A stretch of 64,000 nucleotides of DNA from NCBI GenBank assembly GCA_965221905.1, contig OZ244922.1:1280001-1344000 (forward strand), in the 5' to 3' direction. The translations under genes and the position numbers were made by a program. Numbering within the stretch: position 1 is the first letter of the stretch; each line of letters starts with the position of its first letter. The notes under the pieces are model-generated. The model was not told the DNA's origin. It saw only the letters and a list, made by a program, of their open reading frames with translations, and did no database searches. Shown piece by piece: positions 1-8,554 of this stretch. The DNA is from Chloroflexota bacterium. GTDB taxonomy: Bacteria > Chloroflexota > UBA11872 > VXOZ01.

Positions 1-310
1 GCTTACGCGCCAGAGTGACGACTTCCTGCGCTAAATCCGCAGGGACAGGCAAATGGAAAGTCGTTTCCTCCGTCACGGGATGACGCACCAGACCTCCCTG
101 GTAGCAAATAAGCGGCACCGTAATATTGAGCTCTTGGGCAAACGGCACCATAGCGGCAAACATCCGACCGCTTGCAAGTGTAACCGTGACCCCTTCCGCC
201 TGGGCGGCAGCGATCGCACTTTTCACCCGTGGCGTCACCGTGAGCCGATGGTCGATGAGTGTACCGTCCAGGTCGATGGCGATGAGCTTATAGTCGGAGC
301 GCAGGCTCAT
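1..310 (-). CDS. Cof-type HAD-IIB family hydrolase (partial, runs off window start; not in ORF track)
   Basis: Manual minus-strand translation from ATG at 310: MSLRSDYKLIAIDLDGTLIDHRLTVTPRVKSAIAAAQAEGVTVTLASGR...ICYQGG. Contains the HAD motif I DLDGT and the ASGR motif. ATGA overlap with the nfo stop. Confidence 0.85.
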   Translation of the reverse strand, partial: MSLRSDYKLIAIDLDGTLIDHRLTVTPRVKSAIAAAQAEGVTVTLASGRMFAAMVPFAQELNITVPLICYQGGLVRHPVTEETTFHLPVPADLAQEVVTLARK

Positions 311-1143
311 ACTAAGAGCCCCCGCACGATGTCCATGTTGGCTTGATCGGGTCCTTTGTCATCAAATCCCGGCACTTCCAGCACGGCCGGAATGCCGGCA
401 AGCGCCCTATGATTGACGATGTAGCGGAACGCTTCCAAGCCGATGTAGCCTTCGCCGATATTCTCATGGCGGTCTTTATGGGAGTCGAAGGGCACTTTTG
501 AGTCGTTTAGGTGGAAGGCCGCTAGGCGATCCAACCCAAGATTCTCATCAATTTCCGCGAGCATAGCGTCGAAGCCCTCGGCGGTTTCCACGTGGTAGCC
601 GGAGGCGAAGGCGTGGGCCGTATCGACGCAGAGCTTTATGCGTTCGTGGTTGCCGCAGGCGCGGAGGATGGTGCCTAATTCCTCGAAGCTCGAGCCGATG
701 TTGCCGCCGGAACCGGCGCTGTTTTCCAATAAGAGCGGCACGGTTTCGGAGGCGGCCAGCGCATCGCTAATTGCGGCCTCGATCCGAGGCAACGCCTGGT
801 CCAGGCCGTCGCCCATGTGACTGCCGACGTGCGTGACTACGCCGGCTGCGTTGAGCAAGTCGCCTGTTTGCAGTTGGAATGTAAGCGTCATCACCGACTT
901 GTCGTAGTTATCCGGCTTGGGCGAGCCGGTGTTGATGAGATACTGCGTGTGGAAGAGAGCCGGCAGCGGCGTCTCCGTTTGGGCGGCAGTATAGGCCGCC
1001 ACGTGCTCTTCCTTGGGCAGCGCGCGCTGCCAACCGCGCGGATTGGAGCTGAAAATCTGCATGCATTCGCACCCCAGGTCTTGTGCCCGGGCAAAAGCGG
1101 TAGCGATGCCGCCAGTGGTGCGCACGTGGGCGCCAAGTTGCAT
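307..1143 (-). CDS. nfo: Endonuclease IV (AP endonuclease)
   Basis: Motifs LGAHV, QIFSSNPRGW, LLENSAG, DTAHAFASG, HLNDSK, DRHENIGEG. Start reassigned to ATG 1143 (MQLGAHV) after an AAGGGA RBS-like sequence. Confidence 0.93.
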   Translation of the reverse strand: MQLGAHVRTTGGIATAFARAQDLGCECMQIFSSNPRGWQRALPKEEHVAAYTAAQTETPLPALFHTQYLINTGSPKPDNYDKSVMTLTFQLQTGDLLNAAGVVTHVGSHMGDGLDQALPRIEAAISDALAASETVPLLLENSAGSGGNIGSSFEELGTILRACGNHERIKLCVDTAHAFASGYHVETAEGFDAMLAEIDENLGLDRLAAFHLNDSKVPFDSHKDRHENIGEGYIGLEAFRYIVNHRALAGIPAVLEVPGFDDKGPDQANMDIVRGLLV

Positions 1144-1491
1144 CGATAGATCCCTTCGTATGCGCTCGTGGAGGGAGACGGCTAGGAGAACGACTGCGAC
1201 TATTATAGCAAAGCAAGCGGTCGCGTTGGTGGTCTTCGCGGGCAACAGCCAGCGCCGATGAGAGACCCACCATGTGCGACAGCCGGTCCTGGGTCTTGCG
1301 CCACGGCAGCGACGGCGTCAATCCTGCGTAGGCTCAATTGTTCTGTATGGCACTCGCGACACTTTGCAGAAAATTTGCAATTGCGGATGGCGTTGGCGCC
1401 TTGCCACTCTAGACGGGAAGAGGGCGAACTGGGGGAGGGGCCGCCAAGGGCATTCGCCTGATGCGCACTACCTTTCCGGTGACCTTTGCAT

Positions 1492-1522
1492 AACTCCGTC
1501 ATTCCGGCGAAAGCCGGAATCC
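1492..1522. repeat. REP-like palindrome, family B (GTCATTCCGGCGaAAGCCGGAATCC)
   Basis: Hairpin ATTCCGGC/GCCGGAAT. A near-identical copy including the AACTCC leader begins at 25485. Confidence 0.8.
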
Positions 1523-1575
1523 AGAGGGGGGGGGGGTGTGGGTAGACAGGGATTACTTGTCGTGAGGCCGTTATT

Positions 1576-1614
1576 CACCCCCATCCCGACCTTCCCTCAT
1601 CAAGGGGGAAGGGG
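1576..1614. repeat. REP-like palindrome (CACCCCCATCCCGACCTTCCCTCATCAAGGGGGAAGGGG)
   Basis: Imperfect hairpin CCTTCCCTC/GGGGGAAGG within the same repeat cluster. Single copy in this window. Confidence 0.5.
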
Positions 1615-1647
1615 TTTCGCAGTGGTCCCCTTTCCGTGAGTGGCAGC

Positions 1648-1688
1648 CCATCCGTTCATGCTTCGACACGCTCAGCACGAACGGATGG
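1648..1688. repeat. REP-like palindrome, family A (CCGTTC...CTTCGACA.GCTCAG.ACGAACGG)
   Basis: Outer arms CCATCCGTTC/GAACGGATGG. Related copies at 21682-22874 (split by IS110), 44854-44888 and 63805-63866. Confidence 0.8.
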
Positions 1689-1806
1689 AATGCTCGTGCC
1701 GAACGGATAGTGTGTTCTTGCCGAGCGGATGGAGTGCTCTCGCCGAACGGATGGTGTGTTCTTGCCGAGCGGATGGAGTGCTCTGGCCAAACGGATGGTG
1801 TGCTCT
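1679..1806. repeat. 22-bp tandem repeat, about 6 units, with alternating 44-bp higher-order pattern
   Basis: Units start at 1679, 1701, 1723, 1745, 1767 and 1789; consensus GA(A/G)CGGATGG(A/T)GTG(C/T)TCT(T/C)GCC. Confidence 0.85.
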
Positions 1807-1995
1807 GAGATCGACCCTCTCCTCACGAGTATCGCTGCGGTGACGCTATAATGTGGGTGAGGCTATAGTCGCCGCCTAGGATCGGCACGCTTGGTATGAA
1901 AGTGCGTGCGCACGGCGGTCCAAATACCAAGTGAGTGCTTGGCGACGGGCGCGGCGACAAGCGAATGCAAGAACGCGAAAGAGAGATGCGGACGC

Positions 1996-4494
1996 ATGCG
2001 GAATATTCTGAGCGGGCTTTTGGGCGGTCGTGATGAGGAGGAGCAATCCGCGATTCGTCCAGTGCATCGCGACGCTGCTGACTCCGGCGGTTTGCTGCAT
2101 GACCTGGGTGGCGGAGTGCTGCTTTATGAGGACGTCTTCGTCCTTGGCAACATCGCCTACGGACGCCGTCAGCCGCCGCTCTCACTCTCCTTAGAGCGCA
2201 GCGCTGAAACGTCCTACAGCGAGATACCCAGCCAGTTTGACGGATGGGATGGAGCACGGAGTTTTGCCGGCGCCGTTCCCCAAGATCACGAGGTGTTTCG
2301 GCATTGCACGGCGAGCATGACGGCGACGCTCAGGCAGATGGCGCACGTGATGCGCAGCGACTCCGCGCCTGCGACGCAGTCGGCGTCTTCGATGAAGTCG
2401 GCTTCTGCGACGAAGTCATCCAACCCCTCTATTCTGCTTACCGGGCCTACCGGCTGTGGCAAAACGACCCTGGCCAAGACCTTCTGCTACCTGGCAAATG
2501 AACCGTGTGTTGAGATTACGTTCAGCGGCGATACCGCGCTCAGCGATTTCTACCAGTCGGTGGAGGTTGTGACCCAAGCCGGGAGCCAGGCGCACAGCAC
2601 TGCGACGCTGCTCGGCCCGGCAGTGGATGCCATGCTCACCGGCAAGAAACTGCTGCTCAACGAAGTAAACATAATTCCCCAAGACCTGCTAAGCGTCTTC
2701 ACACAGGCGCTCGATGCCCGCCAGGTGGTGCTTTCAGGCAGCGAGTGGGGCAATGTGACGGTGCCGGTGCACCCGCAGTTTGGTGTCATTGCCACGGCCA
2801 ATCCCAACTATACCGGCACGCTGGAGATCGGCGTCACGTGGGAGCGACGGTTCGGTCACGGCACCGGGAACGTGGCTATGGACTTCCTGCCGCTGGCAGA
2901 AGAGGCTGAGGCGATTCATCACGAGCTACGGCGCGTAGCCGTTTTGGAGCGTATAGAGGCGATGCCGCCGCTGGAGGCGTGCACGGCAGTTGCAGCGGCA
3001 GCGGCGGAATTGCGAAGCCACCCGGAACTCGGCGGGCTCATGCGTGACCGCGTCTCGACCCGTTCGCTGGTGCACTGGCTCAGCGTGTGCAGCCTTACCG
3101 GTTTTCCCTTGGCCGCGGTTGCGGTGGAGGCCATCCTGACGTTGGCGCCGCCGGAAGCCCGCCAAGAGGCTGCCGAGCTTGTCGAAAAGATGCTGAGCGC
3201 GGTTGCCTGGCCGGCAAGAACGCATCGTCGCGTGAGCGGCGTGCTGCTACCGGAGATTACAGTGCCGGAGGAAAGCGTGGTTGCATTGGGGAGTGTTGCG
3301 CAAACGCCACTGCCTATGTCACATGGGGAGGAGACCGAAAGGCGAACGGGCGGCTTGGAGAACGAAGTGTACCAGCCGCTGGAGAGCGATTCGCCGGGCA
3401 AGCAACCGGCACTCGCGCGTTATGAGTGCACGCTGCCGGACGGCACGCGGTTGCAATTGCAAGAGCCGCTCTACACGTGGGCGGACAACTCGATGGCTCT
3501 GGGACTACGCCTGCACGCCTGGGATGCAAATGGCTTCGAGATTACGGACCCGGTCCGGCTGGAGTCGTTTGAATCGGTACTGGGCGCAGAATTTGGCATC
3601 ACGGTGCCCAGACCGATCGGCAACATACCGTCCGGTGATGTGGCACTCCCGTGTTTTACGCGCTCAAGTTGGTCGGCGCTGCGTCTGCTGGAAGCGGCGC
3701 TTGTGCTTGACCGTCCGGTATACATTAAGGGTCCGCCGGGCAGCGGAAAGTCGGCTCTGGTGCGCACGCTGGCGCGGCTGCGCCAACTTCCGTTGGTAGA
3801 ACTCACGTTTACTGGCGAAACATCCAAGCACGATCTTCTCGTCAGCCGCCGCCTGAGCACGGGAGAGACCCAATGGACGGTGCAAGCATTTCTCGAAGCC
3901 GTCATAAAGGGCTATTTGGTGCTCATAAATGACTATAATCTCGCCTACTCGGACGTTCATTCCTTGTTGAACAGTCTCTTCGACAAGGGTCGGTGCCTAA
4001 CGCTGCCTGACGGGCGAACGGTAACGGCTCACCCGCGTTTTCGGTTGGTGGCAACCGGGCAGCCGGAGGGCCCGGGAGTGAAGCCGCTCAACGAAGGAGT
4101 GGAGAATCGCTTTGGCGCAATCCTCGAGCTGGCATATCCTTCCTCCGGCGAGGAGCTCGCGGTACTCCGCAGCGTTGGGCAGAGTTTGCCGGTTCCGGTT
4201 CTCCGGTCGCTGGTTGATTTCGTCGGTCAGTGCCGGCGCTGGTCGGCAGGTGCGGTGCCCGCAGACTTGGAGCAGGAAGCGATTTGGCAGGATGCCGTCT
4301 CGCCCGAGTTGATTGCCGCGGTAGCCGCGGCCGGCAACTGGAGTACGGCGGAGCTTGTGGGAGTGGTACAGGGCGTGGATGATGCCGGAGTCTTAGTGGA
4401 GCGGTTCCAGGAAGGAGTGCTGTCGGCCGCCACCCCTGCGGCCCGCCGCGTCTTGGAAGCGCTCCTTCTTCAATACAACGTAACATTGGCATAG
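1996..4494 (+). CDS. Tandem (two-domain) AAA+ ATPase, CbbQ/MoxR/dynein-related (AAA_5-like)
   Basis: Two Walker A motifs (GPTGCGKT, GPPGSGKS), atypical Walker B (LLLNEVN, VLINDYN), HPxFxxxAT sensor-1 motifs and RF arginine fingers. Start probably ATG 1996; the ORF track gives 1906. Confidence 0.85.
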   Translation: MRNILSGLLGGRDEEEQSAIRPVHRDAADSGGLLHDLGGGVLLYEDVFVLGNIAYGRRQPPLSLSLERSAETSYSEIPSQFDGWDGARSFAGAVPQDHEVFRHCTASMTATLRQMAHVMRSDSAPATQSASSMKSASATKSSNPSILLTGPTGCGKTTLAKTFCYLANEPCVEITFSGDTALSDFYQSVEVVTQAGSQAHSTATLLGPAVDAMLTGKKLLLNEVNIIPQDLLSVFTQALDARQVVLSGSEWGNVTVPVHPQFGVIATANPNYTGTLEIGVTWERRFGHGTGNVAMDFLPLAEEAEAIHHELRRVAVLERIEAMPPLEACTAVAAAAAELRSHPELGGLMRDRVSTRSLVHWLSVCSLTGFPLAAVAVEAILTLAPPEARQEAAELVEKMLSAVAWPARTHRRVSGVLLPEITVPEESVVALGSVAQTPLPMSHGEETERRTGGLENEVYQPLESDSPGKQPALARYECTLPDGTRLQLQEPLYTWADNSMALGLRLHAWDANGFEITDPVRLESFESVLGAEFGITVPRPIGNIPSGDVALPCFTRSSWSALRLLEAALVLDRPVYIKGPPGSGKSALVRTLARLRQLPLVELTFTGETSKHDLLVSRRLSTGETQWTVQAFLEAVIKGYLVLINDYNLAYSDVHSLLNSLFDKGRCLTLPDGRTVTAHPRFRLVATGQPEGPGVKPLNEGVENRFGAILELAYPSSGEELAVLRSVGQSLPVPVLRSLVDFVGQCRRWSAGAVPADLEQEAIWQDAVSPELIAAVAAAGNWSTAELVGVVQGVDDAGVLVERFQEGVLSAATPAARRVLEALLLQYNVTLA

Positions 4495-4496
4495 GC

Positions 4497-6497
4497 ATGA
4501 CTTCTGCGACTTTGACGAACACAGCAGCTCAGGCTGAAGCGCGCGTGCGCAATACGCGCTATGCGCATGGCGAAATAGTGGCGCTCGCGCGGCTCATTCT
4601 CCGCGATTCACGCCTGAATGTCGTGTCGGGCAGGGAATGGGCATACATAGCACGCGGGCACACGCTAACGTATCCAACGCGGGTGCTGCACACCTGGCCC
4701 GGCACAAGCATCGTTGGCGCTATCTGCCAGCAGATGGGTGAAGCCCAGCACACAGGTGTGATGGGCGAGCGGGCGTTGCAGAGCTTTTCCCGCATCGCCC
4801 CGCTGGCGTTCGACGCCGTCATGCCGTTCGCGCGTTTTGTGAATGAACTGCGCGTAAACCGCATGCATTTGGCGCGATACCCCGGCTCGGCGCGATTCCT
4901 GCGGGCGCTCTATGCCGACAATCCGCAGTGGTCTTCCGGCAGGCGGCGCAGCACACCCCTCAGGGAGCAAGTACAGCAAGGTCTATTGGATCGGTGGCTC
5001 CATGAGGTGTGGCCGAAAAATGCGCGCCCGATGCACATCGGGAGTACGGCCAATCGTTACGTCGACGTCCTTTGGCCCGGCGTGCGGGACGCGCTGCTCC
5101 GAGACTCCATGCCGCAGATGCTGGACATCCTGGCCCGGCGGATGCTGCCCATTCTGCACGACCTCGTGGAAGAGGATGCTCGATTGTCGCAGAGGCGGCC
5201 GGAAGAGGAGCGGCCCGTTCCCGAGGAAGATGCCACTGCCGAATATGACGCCGAGGCCCTCGGGGAATTGCATATTGAGGTGGGCAGCGCCGATGACACG
5301 GAATCGTCGTCCCGTGAAGATGGCGATAGACAGATGAACGAATCTTCAGCGCCCCGATCGGATGTAGAACCCATTCCTGCCTCTCCAGATGATGAAGGCG
5401 GCCCCGCTAAGATAGAGAGCAGCCCGGATGAGCAGGCCGAACTCCGCCGAGATGGCGAAGCGGATTCACGACAGCAACCCAAACTCGAGGGTCCTCCGCG
5501 ACTAATCGACCCAAGCATGTTCAAAGCGCATCCCGGTGCACTCAATCCAATGCCGCGTACAATCGTGCAGGGCTTGGGCGAGCGTCCGGCCGCACCGAAA
5601 ACGGACTATGAGAACTTCGACTATCGTAGTGCGGTACGGCGGCTGGAGCCCGCGATCCTGCGCTCGCTTAACGGTGAAGCGGGGCGGAGGGGCCTCAAGG
5701 AGATCATGATGCGCCGCCGCTTTGGAACGCTTGAGCTGGGCCGGCGACCTCGCCGCCGCCGGGGCGGCGATAGTGGCGAGATCGATACCGATCACGTGGA
5801 GCGCCTGGTTGTTGCACCGGAACAAGCGTTCCTCAAAGGCGTGCGCACACCGCGAGCCGATCATCAAAAGGACTTTGCTGCTATCATCCTCATGGATATC
5901 AGCGGTAGCATGGTAGCCAAGGGGTACTCGACCCGCAAGTTCGACCACACCGTAGACGCCGCCGTGATTTTCGCCGAGATTCATGAACGATTGCGGATTC
6001 CCTATCAGATGATGGCGTTCTCGGAGGAAGTCTGGCGAATGCGCACGTTCGACGAGTGTACTTTCTCAACTCAGGTGGTCGCCAACGAGCGGACCTACAC
6101 GCCTAGGGACCTGAGCAGTGTATTCCGCACCATGTATGAGCAGCCGCACAAGAAGACGGACGATGCCGGAGCGATGCGCCAGGCGGTGCAGGACATGCAA
6201 CCGCATAAGGGATTCAAGACCATTTTGGTCTTGACGGACGGTATTTCGTCTCAACGGCGAAAACTGCGGGAAGTTCTGCTTCAAGTGGAGCGGCGCAATG
6301 GCATGGTTGGTTCCGGGGACGCAATGGGTATTATCGTGTTTGGAATTGGCGTGCCCGGCGATGCGCTAAACGAATCTTACATAGTACAAGCGGAAGGCCG
6401 GTTCTTGCGCTGCCTGCAGACGGTGGTGGTGCCTGACGTGGCGCGGCTGCCCCGTATGATCCAGACGACGATCGAGCGCCGCATTCGCGGTGTTTAA
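4497..6497 (+). CDS. vWA/MIDAS domain protein with acidic disordered linker (CobT/NorD/CbbO-like AAA partner)
   Basis: MIDAS DISGSM...T...VLTDG at the C-terminus, central D/E/P-rich stretch, GEIDTD motif before the vWA domain. Starts 2 bp after the AAA gene. Confidence 0.85.
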   Translation: MTSATLTNTAAQAEARVRNTRYAHGEIVALARLILRDSRLNVVSGREWAYIARGHTLTYPTRVLHTWPGTSIVGAICQQMGEAQHTGVMGERALQSFSRIAPLAFDAVMPFARFVNELRVNRMHLARYPGSARFLRALYADNPQWSSGRRRSTPLREQVQQGLLDRWLHEVWPKNARPMHIGSTANRYVDVLWPGVRDALLRDSMPQMLDILARRMLPILHDLVEEDARLSQRRPEEERPVPEEDATAEYDAEALGELHIEVGSADDTESSSREDGDRQMNESSAPRSDVEPIPASPDDEGGPAKIESSPDEQAELRRDGEADSRQQPKLEGPPRLIDPSMFKAHPGALNPMPRTIVQGLGERPAAPKTDYENFDYRSAVRRLEPAILRSLNGEAGRRGLKEIMMRRRFGTLELGRRPRRRRGGDSGEIDTDHVERLVVAPEQAFLKGVRTPRADHQKDFAAIILMDISGSMVAKGYSTRKFDHTVDAAVIFAEIHERLRIPYQMMAFSEEVWRMRTFDECTFSTQVVANERTYTPRDLSSVFRTMYEQPHKKTDDAGAMRQAVQDMQPHKGFKTILVLTDGISSQRRKLREVLLQVERRNGMVGSGDAMGIIVFGIGVPGDALNESYIVQAEGRFLRCLQTVVVPDVARLPRMIQTTIERRIRGV

Positions 6498-6511
6498 CCA
6501 ACAAGGAGCAC

Positions 6512-7282
6512 GTGGTGAAGTCCAGATCGCAGCGTTCTGACACCGAAAAGCTTCCCTGGGGTCTGCCCGCGGTGATTGTGGTGTGGGTAATTTGGCTCGT
6601 GTTGGCGCACCTAAGCCGGGCGGTCCTTGACGTCTACACAGCGATTTCCCCATTGCGCTACTTGGGCGCCGCGAACATGCCGAATTTGCGCGCCTCATTA
6701 TTTGCCCCCGGCATGCTGGTAGCTGTCGGCCTTTTGGTTCCCGTATTGATTGCGGCCGGTATTGCTTTTCGCATAGTAGCCGCCCGCTATCGGGGCGCCC
6801 CCATGGAGGCGCTTGCGTTCACCCGACAGAACCACGTCTGGGTGCTGGCGGTGGTAGTGCTCTTTGGTGTCTTGCTGACGTTTCTTCTGCAGTTCGCCCT
6901 TGGCTGGTCCAATTACCCGCTGCCGTTTCTCGAACCCAACGCTGGATTCCCCTCGCCTCTCGATCTGGTGCTGTACGCCGTGAGCGTGCCAGTGACGGCT
7001 CTTTTGGCGGGAATACTCGTGTTTGGATTCTGCTATCCCATCTTGGTGGCAGGCTTGGGTAGATGGGTGGGAGGGCTTCTTTGCGCAGTATGCTTTGCCT
7101 TGCCACAACTTGCTATGCAGGGCGTCTATTGGCAACCGGCGGCGGCCTTGCTGGTAATGGGCATCTACCTGACAGCAGTACGGATGCGGACAGAATCGAC
7201 CTATACCGCTACGCTCGGCTATACCGGCTTTTCGATTTACATCGCCCTATCAGCAGTATTGGCAGAACTAGCCATCGCCTAG
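6512..7282 (+). CDS. CPBP (CAAX protease/Abi)-like polytopic membrane protein, catalytic residues absent
   Basis: About 7-8 hydrophobic segments with CPBP-like spacing (FALPQ, GIYL...RMRTES), but the EExxxR, FxxxH and HxxxN motifs are substituted. AAGGAG RBS. Confidence 0.65.
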   Translation: MVKSRSQRSDTEKLPWGLPAVIVVWVIWLVLAHLSRAVLDVYTAISPLRYLGAANMPNLRASLFAPGMLVAVGLLVPVLIAAGIAFRIVAARYRGAPMEALAFTRQNHVWVLAVVVLFGVLLTFLLQFALGWSNYPLPFLEPNAGFPSPLDLVLYAVSVPVTALLAGILVFGFCYPILVAGLGRWVGGLLCAVCFALPQLAMQGVYWQPAAALLVMGIYLTAVRMRTESTYTATLGYTGFSIYIALSAVLAELAIA

Positions 7283-7585
7283 AGCTGCCGGTAGGTTTGC
7301 GCCGGAGCATGCCTACACCGCCAAGCACGGCTACGTTAAGGGCACAAACACCAACACGCCCTGTATGTATTGCAGGGCGTGCCGGCGAGAAGGGCAGTGT
7401 GCCTTTGCCGCAATGCTGGAGGCTAGCAGGCTGAGTCAGAGACGTGCTGCCGGCTTGTAAAGGGATCGCTCAGTTGGCCAGAGCGTCTCCACTTTCGAAT
7501 CAACTTAACGAACTAACACGAAGATTGGTATACCGCAATCATCAAGATCCTTGCGCGAGACCGGTTTCTTGTCCTCGGGGCCGCA

Positions 7586-8008
7586 TCAACTGTCGGTGTC
7601 GCTCCACAGATACCGCCCGGTTACACTCGAGACTAAAACTATAATCACATCAACAAACGCCCAAATGACCTGATTAGCGGTCGACTCGCCCTCTATGCCG
7701 AAGTTCAGAAAGTTGAACCAATTTGAAAAGAACCAGAGAGCCAGCATGACCGTAATGTACGTTGCCAAGTTGACTTCCAGATATTCACGCGTAATCGCCT
7801 CATCCGAACCCCGGCCCAGAGCACGTTTGCGCTGGTAGTTAACGACCAATGCGATCACAATTGCCAGGGCAATCGGCCAATCCAAGATACCCCACACATC
7901 GACGGTACCCAGCGCCTCTCGATAGAAGGAATTGAACACAAAGTGCACCGCCACTACGAGCGCGACGCCAATGAGGAAAACCGACAAGAGCTTCTTGACT
8001 GCTCCCAT
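7586..8008 (-). CDS. Hypothetical membrane protein (about 4 TM)
   Basis: Hydrophobic 140-aa ORF with AAGGAG RBS. Confidence 0.7.
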   Translation of the reverse strand: MGAVKKLLSVFLIGVALVVAVHFVFNSFYREALGTVDVWGILDWPIALAIVIALVVNYQRKRALGRGSDEAITREYLEVNLATYITVMLALWFFSNWFNFLNFGIEGESTANQVIWAFVDVIIVLVSSVTGRYLWSDTDS

Positions 8009-8554
8009 GAGAGTTTCTCCTTCTAACTGTGTGAGATTCTAGCGATTCGTGGGGTATTGTTGCTGATAGCGTGCATATTCATTTGCACATGACCGACGCC
8101 TACAGTGAATTGCGGCAGTGCGGATTGATCGACTGCTTCGTTCAGGCTCCTCTTGCACTAGCCTAACGGCTTCGCGCTTGTTTAGGTCCCGTCTGCCGGC
8201 GTGTAGCGCGCTGTATCGCAGCAATGGAGAGCTTGGGAGAATGTTAGTCAGGGTGTTGTGTGAGGATCGTGTGGTGGGTCGAGCACTCGAGGGAGCACAC
8301 GTGCTGAATCTACAGGCCGACGGGTAGCTTACTTGAGTTAGGATTGCAGGCATTAATCCATTCTCTTACGCTTTCTCTTCGCCGGGCCGTCAGCTCGGTC
8401 ATGCGATGCTGCGCCTCCCTATGTTAGCGCCTAGATTAGGTTTACCTGCAGCCACCTTCTCCTAATCCTTGCTGCCTAGCTACAAAGCTGCACCGGCCCG
8501 AAATCTCTATTGGCACCGGTGCAGTTGCAGGAGGCTGGGATCCTAAAGAGGGAG

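Noticed and set aside
1524-1536. Poly-G tract as a phase-variation site
   Set aside because: Intergenic, adjacent to a REP and not in an evident promoter or ORF; may be a homopolymer-length artefact.
1679-1806. Possible CRISPR array
   Set aside because: Units are contiguous 22-mers without unique spacers, and there are no cas genes in the window.
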